Source of the DNA: Oculina patagonica
Lineage: Eukaryota
Direction: 5' to 3'
Length of the DNA: 64,000 nt
Assembly: GCF_052425735.1 (NCBI RefSeq)
Contig: NC_135758.1
Location: 32,364,001-32,428,000 of the forward strand
A program made the translations under genes and the position numbers. How positions within the stretch are numbered: the stretch's first letter is position 1; each line of letters opens with the position of its first letter. The notes under the pieces are model-generated. The model ran no database searches, had not been told where the DNA came from, and worked only from the letters and a program-made list of their open reading frames with translations. Shown in pieces: positions 37,379 through 49,934 of this stretch.

Positions 37379-37890
37379 CTATCCGCTAAATTTTACGCGT
37401 AATTAGCGCGCGCACATAAACAAAGTGGCGGCATTTTATACGCGGCTTGGCTAGCGAGAGATAAATCGTCGTTTTCTCGTCAACGAATACGGTGACCGAT
37501 TAGTTTTTTCTCTATTTTGAGTGTAGCCATTAATTTCTTCTGTAGAATGACTACAGGTCAATATTTATGTTAGAAAAGTAAACTATCACCGGAAACGTTT
37601 ACTTAGCCAGTACTCGTAAAAAGATAAATGTGGCCTCGAGAACACTTCGTGCTTGGGACTTATTTAATCATTGTCAATTAAAAGTGCGTGTATTTATCAT
37701 GAAACAGAATTCCTTGCTTGATGCACTACTCACGAAGTGTAACGGGGAACAGTTCAAATAAAAACGTTTCTAGAAGTTGATGAATTAAGGATTTATACGG
37801 TATATACAAGGTCTTCCTGTTCCTAATACGGAGATCTCCCCCTTTTTTGTTTCAAAAGGAAAGTTTGAAAGTATTTCAGGGGAATCACCT
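37379..37890. mobile_element. Decayed relative of the Kolobok-like element at 57397-57850
   Basis: Shares AATTTTACGCG..AGCGCGCGC..ACAAA.TGGCGGC, GCCAGTACTCG, GGTCTTCCTG.TCCTAA and the terminal TATTTCAGGG.AAT.ACC|TTAA; left end not recognisable. Confidence 0.6.
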
Positions 37891-40800
37891 TAATTGGTTA
37901 TTAGTGTTACCTACACGCAAGGAACAAATCGGAGACTACAGATCACCGAAGACCTAAGTCATCTGACTGACTTGTCCCCAGTCGTCTCTCGGTGTCGTAT
38001 TGAATATTAACGGTGGAAGCGCGGGCGCGAGCGAGAGGACAAAAAAGATTGGAGACGTGTCAGGTGTATTGAATCTCATGATGTCTCTCACACGGGAGAA
38101 ACGCGCGAGTAAAAAGTAACGTCGGTTTATTCAACAAGTTAAGACGCAAAATTTTGTTGCGCCAACATGTTGCATCTTTTTTTGAACTGCTTTCACAAAA
38201 AAACCTGCAGCGTTGCATTAACATCGAGCAGCGAGCGACGAATGTCTGCTCACGCAGACTTGATTGAGCCGCGAAACTAATCAGTTTTTCGCCCTGTGAT
38301 TGGTTAAACAAAAACTTGCGTCACCCGGCTCAACCAATGTGATTAAGAGAAAATAAAAAAGCAATTTGCTTCTTAGTGAAACACATTTTCTTACATTTTC
38401 CCGCGCTTGGCGCTGATCATGCGTATTGGCTTCAAGTGTTATTCACATTCGTTGAAATTGGCCTATTCCAGTTGCATGTAATTAGTTTGGTTTTGGGTTT
38501 ACGGCACTCAATTTAAAACCACCGTATTGGCCAAAAATAATTGCACGGAACAGCATTCGGTGAGGGCAAACCCAATTGCATAATAATTATCGAAAACCAA
38601 AAGCAACACTTTTGAGTGTTTAAAGCTTGGAATCTTGCGATTATGTTTTTGCATTTGCATCGTTTTTTTTTCGAACTCCAGTTGTGAATTTTTCTTCTAT
38701 ATTGACAAAAGGAATGAAAGTCAAGCAAACAGCGATTAGAGCAGGTTTTAAGTTTTTAACCATGTAAATCATTCAAGAGCTGGATTGATCAACAGGTGAA
38801 AAAATAATCTCCAGCTTAACTGCAGCTGAAAGCAGTTCGTAGATGACTTCGAAGTCCATTAAAGTTTGATTCTTGAAGTGACGCTCAACAGGGGGTGGGT
38901 GAAAAAGCGAGTTATTTTGGCGGTAGCATCATCATTAGATGTTAAGACATTTTGTGTTGTTTTAGTGATCTGTTGAGTTGTTGAAAAGGATTGCGTGTTT
39001 TTGCAGGATCGCGCCGATTACGCTCGCATAACCCAGAAAGGTTCACAGACATTAAATTTAGCCTTGACATTTCCGAAAGATACAACTAGGCGTCACTAAT
39101 CGTCTAGCACACCTAGAAGCTCGTGCACAGTCACGATTCCTTTTCTTATATACCACGATTCAATTGATTGATTTACCCGCTTATCGTTATAAAGCTAACC
39201 TCTTTAGAATCTGTGTAGTATGCTACCGGCCTGTCAAACCATTAGCACGTTTTAATAAAACGCTGCTTCAGTCTTTTAATACAAGGTTTGTTAGGCTAAA
39301 GCAACAAGAAAACTTCCTAATGTCTAGTTCAAAAAAGCGCACCAATTGCTATCAACTGCATTACAAAAGCGTTTCACCAAAGCAGCTTTTAAAGATTTTT
39401 TCAACGTTGATGTATTCGACCTTGTAAGGCCACCTCGTTGTTGCATCTAATAACAAGGTATTCTTCATTGTCTCAAATAAAGTCTGAAATATAAAAAATG
39501 TTTTGTCCTGTAGTGTCTCAAATATAGAAAGGCTCTCGGTCTGAGGGCAATTTTTCGGGTTTGAATTAAAAAAAGATTTCTTAGAAAAAAAAAACTCTGG
39601 GTGAGATTTCTAGCAGCGCCCTGCAATGCGCTTACCCGCTCCGCAGCTGGAAAGAAACAGTAAAACACCTTTAATGCGAGAATAGTTAATGAAAATATAA
39701 AATTGTTGTCGACCTAAAGTTAGGTTGCATCACGAGATATTACCACAGTAAATTTTTAACCGATGCAAGGCAAACATCGCGACAAAAAGTAGGACATGTA
39801 CATTCTGTCAAAAGCTACGCATATTCAGTGACTTTTTTCGTTTTAATCAAATACATAACTAATATTTGCTATTTCTAATCATTGTTTTCTACAATATTGC
39901 GCATCTGACACTGATCTAATGTGCTCTGTGAAATTAAAAAAAAGTGGTTCGCAAGATAATCCCTTTTTTCAGAAATTTTAATCAGCTCTGCACACAGGTT
40001 AACTCGTTGTAAAAAATGTCTACAATAACACAGCTTCAACGCGACGCCGGCTGAAAGGTATTGTTGGCGACACTATATAATTTGTAAATTACAGAAATTA
40101 TAATGTAAATTTTCTCTAGTGACAAGCGTCTCGCTGTTAAGAACTCCAACCTTTGAATAATATTCTCCGCGTCTTTCGTTTACTGAATGTAAATAAAATT
40201 GTGCAATTGTTGCAATTTGTAACCTCGGAAATATCAATCCGGATGACAAGAGATGGGTTTACAGCTAAAGCAAATCTAACCTCATTTTATCTGATAACAG
40301 CGCCTTCGGCTGTAAAACAGATCGCGAAAACATATATTTATTAAATGAATGCTTCAAAAACTTAACATCAGTGTTGTGTACACTTTGCCTGCTGAGATAC
40401 TGCGCTTAAAGTGGAACTGAACAAGCCATGTCCCTGATATTCGTCGTTCTGTTAGGCAGTCGGTCACTAGTAGAAATGATGCGAATTTTTTTTGGAATTT
40501 GTAAGGTTGCAAAGGTGCCAGACAGGTGCCTCGTATGAACAATGTTAATAATATCAATGGCCGAAGACCAATACTGCCGGACTTCGTTGACAGCAATTTG
40601 AATCGCAAAGAATTTATCAGCAAGAAATAATATATGTGCGCTTCTCTCAAAATGAAGGCGTGTAAAGGTGTAAAAGTAGGGAGGGTACAAATTGTACAAT
40701 GTGGAAATAACTACAACATTCTAAAATTTTGTATAAACACTTAATTAAGACAGCTACCGTGTAAAAACATGGACCGATAGGCCATGTAAGAGATGTAACA

Positions 40801-43487
40801 AGCGGGAGCTCTATCAGACGGCGTAAAACGTATACTGCTAAGTATATTAAACACTGGCCATTGTCACTTCAATTTTAACTTTCACTTGGAGGACACGCCG
40901 AAACTAGGGCAACTCAGGTTAATTTGGAATAAAAGGATTTTCGAAGGCGGAATTCCCCAAATTTAAATATTCCCGATCCTTCGCAAGATCATGATAACAA
41001 GCGAGATTAGAGGGTGTTTGACTGTAACACCGACATCTTAGCAATAACCGCAGAAGTTCATAAATACACGAAGCACTGATTAATACAAATTCATCTACTT
41101 TTTCCTCAAACCTTGACTCACTGTCGCCAGGAGCAAGCAGGTCCCGGAATATGGATCTCCTTGGAGCGGCAGATAAGCTTTGCGATCGGCTTTGGCAAGA
41201 TGGCGCAGCTTGTGTAGAATCCATTTTTATTGCCGCGGAGAACTTAGTTATCACCGCGCGGCAATGTTTAGGTTTTGATGTTTCTCGGCAAACTTTAACA
41301 ATGCGTGTTTATCCCGCGATGCTTTACAACGCATGCTCCAAATCTGACAGCTGGTTACGAATTCAGTAATGTAGGGAATATTTCAATTTATGCATTTTGA
41401 CTTCTTATGTGTTTCTGAAGCCTCGACTTGTTTTCTCCTGGAATTATTTAGCCAGCCGCGACTATACGTCATACAGTCAGTCACCGAATGGACCATCAAC
41501 TCAAATTATCGTTTGATTGCATAGGAAGTCGTTTGGGGGGTTTCAACTTCTTTTTTAATAATAATTGCAATTAAAATTAGAAAAACAATGATAAACTATG
41601 GGTATTTTCACACGAAAAGTCAAATCCTTTTGTCAATAATATTAAAGATAGTAAAATGAAACAATGGAAGCAAACTAAAAGCAAAGAAGTTTTAAGGGGC
41701 AGCGCAAAATCTTAATTGCATATTATTTCTCAAGCAGCTGCATGCCTTATACCGGAATACACATTATTTCTTAAGGATAATTGCCTTAAATTATAATTTT
41801 TATTACGGCGCAAAATACTGGCTTTTACGCTGCCATGAAGGTATTTTTTCAGTAGCAAGGACGACTTTTATGATCAACGCAATGTTATAAAGTTCAAATT
41901 GCTATTTAGTGTAATTTTTAACCTTAAAAAAATAAAATCGTTAATAAGGCATTGAACGGTGTGTTGACTTACTTGTTTGACATTTTCTCTGTGGTTACGG
42001 TTGTCAAATTTACAAGTCCTTTGCCATCCGCTGCGATTCAGTGTTTTCAAAGCGATCAATATAAATTAGCTAGCTTAAAGCCATTTTGACTCTACTTGTT
42101 GTTGAAGATGATGCGTATGCACTCGAACGCTGTAGTAGTTTCAACACGGGAGCCTGTGCTTATCAATTGATCAACACTGGTCGCATTTTGCGCTAGCTAT
42201 TTACAAAAACTCTTTATTCATTCGCATAAATTGACACCAGGATCTGATGAATAATCCATTTTTAAAATCATTTTGTTTACGTTAAGGTATACCACACTGG
42301 GATTCGTCGAAAATTGCAAAGATGAAAGATGAGGCGGGGTTGAATTTGACGAAGGGTTTCAAACTCCCAAAAAGAATACGAAAATAACAGACTTGTTGCT
42401 GCACAACGAGGTGCAGGCACAAAATGTTATTGACAGGTAGAATAAATGATTCCTTTAATGACCTGTTTTCAGTTTTTGATATGTATCGAGGCTTTAGAAA
42501 AACGTTTCTGCCCATAAAAATAACTAAAGTAGCTTAAAGTGGATCGTGTTATAGCCCCTGTTTTGACCAATCAATCGAAGCTTCGCAGTACGAAGTCGCT
42601 CTATGCCATGACCATATATCTATAGATCACTTCGCAGACAGAACTCATAAATATATGATGCCTTTTTTCATTAATCTATCTACAATATTTTGTTTTGCTA
42701 TTCTTAAAAGTATTAGTATCACACAATTGTTGCACATCGTGTTTCACAATGGGATGCAAAATGATTAATTTAGGCCTGATAGGAAATCGCTAAGGAAGAC
42801 TGAAAAACAGCATTTTTACTGTAACACTAAAATGCCATTAGTTACATTTCAATTATCCAAAGTAAACGTAAACACGATAAGGATAAGTGGTGATGGTTTG
42901 TTTTGATATTGCGTGTGTAAGGAAAAATATCGAGAGTAAAACCCTTAAGAACGTTGAGATATGAAAGAAATAGGAAGGTTTCGCGCCTGAGGTTTCGCGC
43001 CAGTATAAACACGGCGCAGTTATTGAATGCCCTTCTGAACTGTTCCTGTGTCTTTACGAGTAAAGAATACTGCATCTGATTCAAATTTCTTTATTACTAG
43101 TGTAATCTTTTAGACGGAACGTATAAATATCTTAGAGTATATTTATCTTTCATCAACCTGAGCGGATCTTTTAGCTCAAGTGGTATGACATTGCGCCCTG
43201 CTTTGGTTACTGCCTGTTTGACGTTTGTGTTGGTAAAATATGCATGAATATATCTATATGCTTGGCTTTTATTTGGCAAACTCAAAATCGTTTTTACCAG
43301 CAAAGCAAACTTTGTGCAAATAAATATTCCAAGTGCTTGTCCATATTTTAACTTCCACTGAACATGTCTCTTTTTAGTTTTGCGCATGATGAGGTTTGAT
43401 TGGCTCACGAAACCTGGCCAGTTTAATCTAACCAATCAGTGACATCAGCTCGGAACACGTGGGATGTTAACCAATAAGAGGTCAATC

Positions 43488-44008
43488 GGGCCCATTTGTT
43501 AAAAGGATGGATAACAATATCCGCGGGATAAATCGCTATCCAGTAGATAAGTGTTGACAAAACAATCTACGCTATCCACCGGATAGTGATTTATCTGGAT
43601 CCAGTTGTAACGGCTTAGAAAGTAAACATTTAGTCATTTTTTTTACACTTTATATGAAATGGCATGAAATGACACCTCAAAGCATTTTTGAGGTGTCGAG
43701 GGCATGGTAACATGCCACGTGAAGGGTATTTCCCGCTTATATTGAAAAACTGAAGTAAATTTTTACGTCCCCTGGGCATTCCACTGGAAATACACTACTT
43801 ATAACCGCTTATTCCTTCTACTTGAATGTTCAAAGGGTGGATAATGCTATCCACCGGATAAATCATTATCCGGTGGATCGCGAAGAAGGATTTGTAAGAC
43901 AATTATCCACTGGACAGCGATTATCCGTTGGATAGCGTTATACACTCTTTAAAAAATTGGGCCCTGTAGTGGATAGCGTTATTCATCCTTTGAACAACTG
44001 TGGCCAGG
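43488..44008. mobile_element. Harbinger-like MITE cluster with GCTATCCACCGGATA repeats
   Basis: GGGCCCATTTGTTAAAAGG...CCTTTGAACAACTGTGGCC termini; repeated TATCCAC/GTGGATA units; interrupted by another fragment at about 43605-43825. Confidence 0.6.
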
Positions 44009-44868
44009 TGCAAAACAAGAAGTTAATGTGATTGGCTAGTGCAACCTTTTCTCGCCATTTCCCAAAAGTACACGTTTGTACTCCTGATTGGCCTACTGTA
44101 CATTACGCCATGGCGTCGGCTTTGTGTTGTCTGATTTGTTTCTAGTTTTTAGAACTATTTTTTGTTAACTATCAATAAACTAAATCCAAATCAAACTGCA
44201 GAATTTTTTAACAAAGATCTTTGTTAGTACGTGTACGTCTTTTCAAAAGTTTGACAACACATCGGACTCAAATCACCTCCTATTAGCAAGCAAACACATG
44301 GTAGTCTTTGCGCGTTATCGAACAAGCAAAATAACTGTTAAAGTTCTCGCTAAACGTAAATTCGTTTAAAACTGCTGTGCTATAAAGTTCCTCGGCTGTT
44401 TTGGGAGACGGCGCGGGGCGACGGTTCCCGACTGTCATTTACCAATAAATTTTCGCGCGATTTCATGGGCTGAACTGCGTCACGTGATACAAAATCGCTG
44501 AAATGGAGGAAGTTGCAAATACGAAGGAATTTTAACAAGAATACTCAAGACTTCTACTACTACTATATAAACTTGTTTATACACGAAAAAAGTACAACCA
44601 CAGCAGTATTCGATGATAAGAAAAATTGATTATTTTATCTGATTGATGGTATGAAAATTTAGTTATGTTATTGATCACTGTTATTTTTAAACGTTTTCGA
44701 TAAAGCTTAGTGGAGAGAGGCTGGAAACTTAGTGGAGAAATAATTTTATTACCGTTCTAGTGTTTAATAAAACTTCAACCCAATATCAACAACAATAGTG
44801 ACAACAGCGGGCCAGCAAAAAAAGCTAACCGTGTAAATAAACTAATAATTTTAAAGTATAGTTGTCTA

Positions 44869-45254
44869 TGACCCCGTCCACACTGACCCGGGTTAATTTG
44901 AAAACGCATCCTTTTTTTCTCCGGTTAGGCCAACCGTCCACACTGAAACGGCGTTTTCGGTCACCGAAAACGGAGCTTTTCAAAAACGCTCACCAATGAG
45001 CGTTTGGACTTGGAGCGTGAAGTAGTGTATTTTTATATTTTATTGTAAATAATTTTAGAGGGCCACTGGTTTGTTGGTATTTTTTATGTTATTTTAGTGC
45101 TACCCGTAAAATAAAGACTTTACTTTTACTTTTACTTACTAATGAAGCGTATCGTTTTCAAATTTACCCTGTTAATGTGGACAGAAAACATTTTACGCGG
45201 CGTTTTCAAATTTCTCCGTTTTCAAATTTACCCGGGTCAGTGTGGACGGAGCCT
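44869..45254. mobile_element. Harbinger-like MITE containing a 3'-LINE-like fragment
   Basis: CCGTCCACACTGACCCGGGT...ACCCGGGTCAGTGTGGACGG TIR. The internal insert at about 45005-45140 ends AATAAAGAC(TTTAC)n and is flanked by AATGA(A)GCGT. Confidence 0.7.
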
Positions 45255-45629
45255 ATGTCAACAACAGACACAGACATATAAACTATATAATGAATATTTA
45301 TGACATGCTTTTATGAAATATTTACAAACCTCTATGCAAAAAAATCTTACACAAAGCCTTAGAGCAAAAAAATCCCCTTGACAAATTAAAATGCAGAGCG
45401 CAAGAGCAACATTTATTACTGTTGAAGTAACCGGCTTGTTTGTATCTTGTTTTCTGTTTTCCCTTCTATACGTTACAACCCAAATAATGCATGCTAATTT
45501 TTGTAACTACTCAGCTCATTTAGTTTTTACTATTCTAACTATTTTTTCTGCCTAATTGTTAATGTTTTGCCCGTTTTTCATGTTTTTTTATATTGGACTT
45601 GTGCCAAAATAAAGTGGTTGCTGTATCCA

Positions 45630-46135
45630 AGAGCCTTTTTACATGATGCCGGAATGACTTTCATTCCGGAATGAGTTCATTCCATTCCCATATATTTCTC
45701 TGTTTCTGTTTTCATGATACCGAGATAATTTTGTTGCCGCACAAGTCATTCCGGAATGAGTTCATTCCGTTTTTTATTCCGGAATGAAACTTTCGTTCTG
45801 GAATGACATCTCGGGCCATGTAAACACAAAACGAATTTCGTTCCTAGATGAAGCTGCATCTTATGAAACCGCATACGGAGGCCACAGTTTGAACTTAGAG
45901 CGAAAAAACGTAAATTTGTTTCCCGTTTAGCCCATAGAAGAAGCACTACGGTCAAATTACTCGCCAAAATTGCAGATTTGGCCATAAATGTGGACAATCA
46001 TATGTTTGCCCGAAACACGCCCCATCTTTGTTTTTTTATTTCGCGCGAACGCCACTCACGTTACAACGCTTAATTTTTGAGCCGGTCGACTTTGATATGT
46101 ATATGCAGTATTCCGGAATCATGTAAAAGGGCCCT
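45630..46135. mobile_element. MITE in the 3' flank of CALHM copy A (duplicated at about 50540-51045)
   Basis: GCCTTTTTACATGATGCCGGAAT...ATTCCGGAATCATGTAAAAGGGC TIR; TTCATTCCGGAATGA internal repeats; present in both duplication units. Confidence 0.75.
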
Positions 46136-46258
46136 TACAGTCTCACATGGAGAATATTTCTCATTGATCAAAGTGTTCACAGGTGCGTGGAATCCATCAG
46201 CTGCAGCTCAGTGTCGTCATCATCAAGATCCAATCGGTTGTATCTTCCGTTTCTGTTC

Positions 46259-49139
46259 TCAAAACTCGTCACTGTTCGGAAGTGTATCGTCTACGAAACA
46301 GCATCTCCGAATGCAAACGAGGCCCAGCGAAAACAGAGTGGCCGCAACCAGGATACCAAAGCCAAGGATCTGGGACTGCATGTGGACTTTAAGGAGGCTT
46401 CCCTCGGATGGTTTCTAAGGGAACAGGAGAAGTCAACAGTAAGTTTAGTGACAAAAAATTCGAAATACTGAACATGGAAATGTGAGCTAAACTCGGATAT
46501 TCAAATCGACGATAGGGGGAAATTCTTGATGGTGAAAACCCTGTGGCCCTCTCTTCCCCATTCTGTATTAAACTGATTAAATAAAACTAAAGTTTTTTTG
46601 CCTGTTGTAGTTCCCCATTATCTTACTACGCTTTGAAATTCGTGGGTTTATTTCAGCACTTAAAACTACTACAGTCGATGCTCTCGTATTAAAGCAACCA
46701 TGTCGGGAATTCGAAAACGTGTGAGGGTATTATTTAAGTGTCAAGCTATCCAAATAATTGTAAAAAAGTACATGTAAATGTTATTTATAGTGATCATGAA
46801 TTTAGATTCATATCTCTTCAAGATCGCTATGTAGGCTACAGGCATGCCACTGAAACAGAGGAAATATATTTTAAATGAACATAAATAGTAAAAAATCCCA
46901 ATTAGCATGTTCGAGGATTTCAACTCAAGACGACAGAGAACAAATCCAGATGGTGGCAGGGTGGAGGTTTTGAACCCGGGACCTCCGGTTTACAACACCA
47001 GCGCCCTAAACCACTCGGCCACACGGCCACGCTGCCTCCTTCTGTCTCCTTCTACTTAAAGGGACTGTGTCACGGCTGAGTTAAGTTTATTTAATTAAGT
47101 TTTTTTAAATACTCGCTATGAATCTTAATGTTTGCAAAGAAATTTCTTCTATGGATCTAAATGACAAAACTATAGCTTTATTGCAACCAAATATGTCTTT
47201 GAAAACTTTTTCCTTTCTTACTTGCAGGTTATCCGTGTAGCACGATGTACAAAGCGAGCCTAAACTGGAACACACGAAAAATTCTCCTTTCATCAACGCG
47301 ATGGTTATGTAGGCCATCGGAGCGAGGAATGGCTGAAAAACCCACGTCAGTGACTTCATACGGTAATTACATCTTTCCGTCACATGTTGCAGTCGGCTCG
47401 TTTTCAGTATAGACTGCCAAAAGCCTCCACTCATCATGAAACCGAGGCCCAAAAGGAATAGTGCGGGGCCCAACATCATAACGAGGCTGTACATGAAGTA
47501 ATTGGTGCAGGGGCATCTGTCAAAAGAAAAAATGTATAGTTGAGCCATTTTTGTGTGGCTTACACAAGGGGTATTCCACACTTTGTCAGGGACGGCGAAC
47601 CTTTTTGATGTAGTTTTGGAAAGAAATTATGATCCTCAGCAGTTAGCAGTCAGAGCATAGATTTTTTTCTTCGGCAATCAAATGCAAAACCGCCGTCAAG
47701 CTAAAATAGTAGTTTTCTTCAAGATGTTTCCCGTTTTTCACAAGTTTACAATACCTGTTCACTTGGTTTAGGATTGGGTTGTCGTTAATTTAATTTCAGT
47801 ATGTTAAATTGAGATTTGAGAATCCAGTGCTAGAATGTAGCGGGTGTTTTTGGAGAGGGGTCAGGTTGCTTTAGTTTCTTATCGTCCAGAGAAAAAAGGG
47901 AAACTATCATAAAAATTTAGACGAAACGCAAAAGACAGCTCGATTGTTAGGAAAATCACCGTTGCTTGACCACACAAACCCAGAAAATGAGTGTGTTACA
48001 AATATACGTCAAAAACTATGGTATCGTTTTTAAAAATTAAAATTATTGTGTCTAGTTTTTTCTCGTGTGGCATTTGATCCACTAACAAATCAAGAGAAAT
48101 CACATCGAAAATATTTCATTCAATTTGCGTTATCACAACACTTGGACTAAAAGTGCTCATGTAATCGACTTGACTTACAAAGCCAGTAGTATAGGGAGTC
48201 ACCATACCACCTCGAATTAGACGCTACAGCTGGAGTGCGTGGAGTGTAATGAGTCACGGTAAATTCCGACTGTTACCCAGCGGAAAAAACAAAATGCAAC
48301 CATGTTCAGGTTTAACTTGACTGATGTTTAAATAAGCTAAGTCTTCAATTTTACTCAGCTAAAATTCTCACACCAGACGCGAAGAAAAGTGAACCGACAA
48401 GAAAGAAAAGTCATTCAGCAAACGCTTATTTTGTGTGTTTCTTTCAATACCAATCAATTATTGATCCACGTGGGTTGGTGGTTTTTTAATTCAGTACAAA
48501 ACACAAAAATGCAGTAAAATTAGTAAAATTAATAGACCAGCTGGAATGTATAGAAAACGAGATTTGATTTCTATAATGCTCTGAACCTTTCGTCAATAAT
48601 TATCCCGCATTTTTGGCTTTTAAGTTCAAGACTTGATGGCTAGCCCCCTTTTGTTCAAAAATAAATAAATTCAATATCCCACCGGCTCGAAACTGGACAG
48701 ATGTGCGATTTGTTTTGTTGAATTTATGTTTTAAGCAAAATGGCCTGAAACCAGTGGGAAGACATTTCGACATTATTCGGCATTATTTGTGGATAGAATC
48801 TCAATTTCTCTTAACTTTTAGCGCTGATTTATTTATCTTTTCTCACTACAGGCTACAAATAAACTATTTTATTTGTACTTAGTGATTCACCAACCAAAAT
48901 TTTAAGATTTTAGGATGGAACAAAGATTCCCTCTTTGTATAAGAAATTTAAAATTCAGTTTGGGGAAGCCTAAATGGCAGGGAAAATCACGATTATTTAT
49001 AAGAACAGGCCGCTTACCTGAGCAATTGTGTTCTTATAAACTCCTCAAATCCATAAACTATTACAAGGATGATTGAATTTTGAATTGGCCCTTTTGTGTG
49101 CTTAAACCGTCTTTCAAGAACTTCCAGCAAGTTTTCCAT
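46259..49139 (-). CDS. CALHM (calcium homeostasis modulator/FAM26) family protein, copy A, C-terminally truncated (190 aa); possible pseudogene
   Basis: Exons 49139-49018, 47516-47222, 46414-46259 (GT..AG, in frame). Same motifs as copy B. A 170-nt deletion in exon 3 relative to copy B gives ..LPNSDEF-TGA. Confidence 0.75.
47060..47200. mobile_element. One-ended fragment of the Kolobok-like family seen at 57181-58030
   Basis: TTAA|AGGGACTGTGTCACGGCT.AGTTAA, then similarity to the reverse complement of about 57900-58030; absent from the paralogous intron of copy B. Confidence 0.7.
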
Positions 49140-49258
49140 TTTCGCTTCAGTCACTTCCGTCAAAGAGGTCGCCGCTTTCGTTTGTATATCGATTGACGAA
49201 GTTGACTTATAAAACTGGTCTGATTTCCATGACGATCTTTGACCAGCTAAAACCAATG

Positions 49259-49307
49259 ATGCAAATGAGCTGAGTGTGCATTGAATGCACACTCAGCTCA
49301 TTTGCAT
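49259..49307. promoter_or_regulatory. Perfect 24-bp-arm palindrome with two octamer (ATGCAAAT) motifs upstream of CALHM copy A
   Basis: ATGCAAATGAGCTGAGTGTGCATT-G-AATGCACACTCAGCTCATTTGCAT; CCAAT at 49253-49257; 120 bp from the ATG at 49139. The structure is certain, the regulatory role is inferred. Confidence 0.5.
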
Positions 49308-49511
49308 ACGTAACTCGATCATGTTTTTTAGCACCTCGCAGAATCACTGGAAGAACCAAAGTGTTATTTTAATTAGTTGTGCGCCCTAAGAAATATCTTT
49401 GCTGACAGATGGTTACAATTCATTGCAAGGGTAAAAAGGTAATTTTAGCTAAGTGGACAGATGACTAAATAATTTCTATTTGACTGCCAATATAGCTGGC
49501 GGTATTTTTTC

Positions 49512-49934
49512 CCCGGGGGGGAGGGGGTACTCCCTATAATGGCCTATACGGGGAGGCTCCGCCCGAAAGGGGTACCTTTTTCAGGCTTTAGGTATATAAA
49601 AGGGTAGGGATTTCACAAGTTCAGGTATACGAAAGGGTATAGAAATCTGTCATTTAGGTTTTTGAAAGGGCTTTTAATTAAAATATTTTGAACAGATGCA
49701 ATTTAAGGCTGTATTATTTCAATTTTTTAAGCGCTACTTGAAAATGACAAGAAAACGTTATGTTTTAAGTCTATACCATGACTTTCAGGTATATGAAAGG
49801 GGTACCTTTTTTCATTAATAAGTATATGAAAGGGGTACAATTTCTGGCAAAATGGTATATAAAAGGGTAAGGGGTAAGAGCTCGGGGCGGAGCCTCCCCG
49901 TACAAAACTTTTTTGAGTACCCCCCCCCCCCAGG
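49512..49934. mobile_element. TIR MITE with poly-G/poly-C termini
   Basis: CCCGGGGGG..GGGGTACTC / GAGTACCCCCC..CAGG ends, inner inverted repeat TACGGGGAGGCTCCGCCC / GGGCGGAGCCTCCCCGTA, 8-bp direct flank ATTTTTTC on both sides. Confidence 0.75.

Noticed and set aside
42842-43435. Two adjacent minus-strand ORFs resembling a frameshifted pseudogene
   Set aside because: Non-ATG starts, no recognisable homology, and overlap with repeat-derived sequence.
44400-44520. Promoter-like cluster (CCAAT, TTTCGCGC, GTCACGTGA)
   Set aside because: No downstream exon identified; the segment looks like an internal piece of a dispersed repeat.
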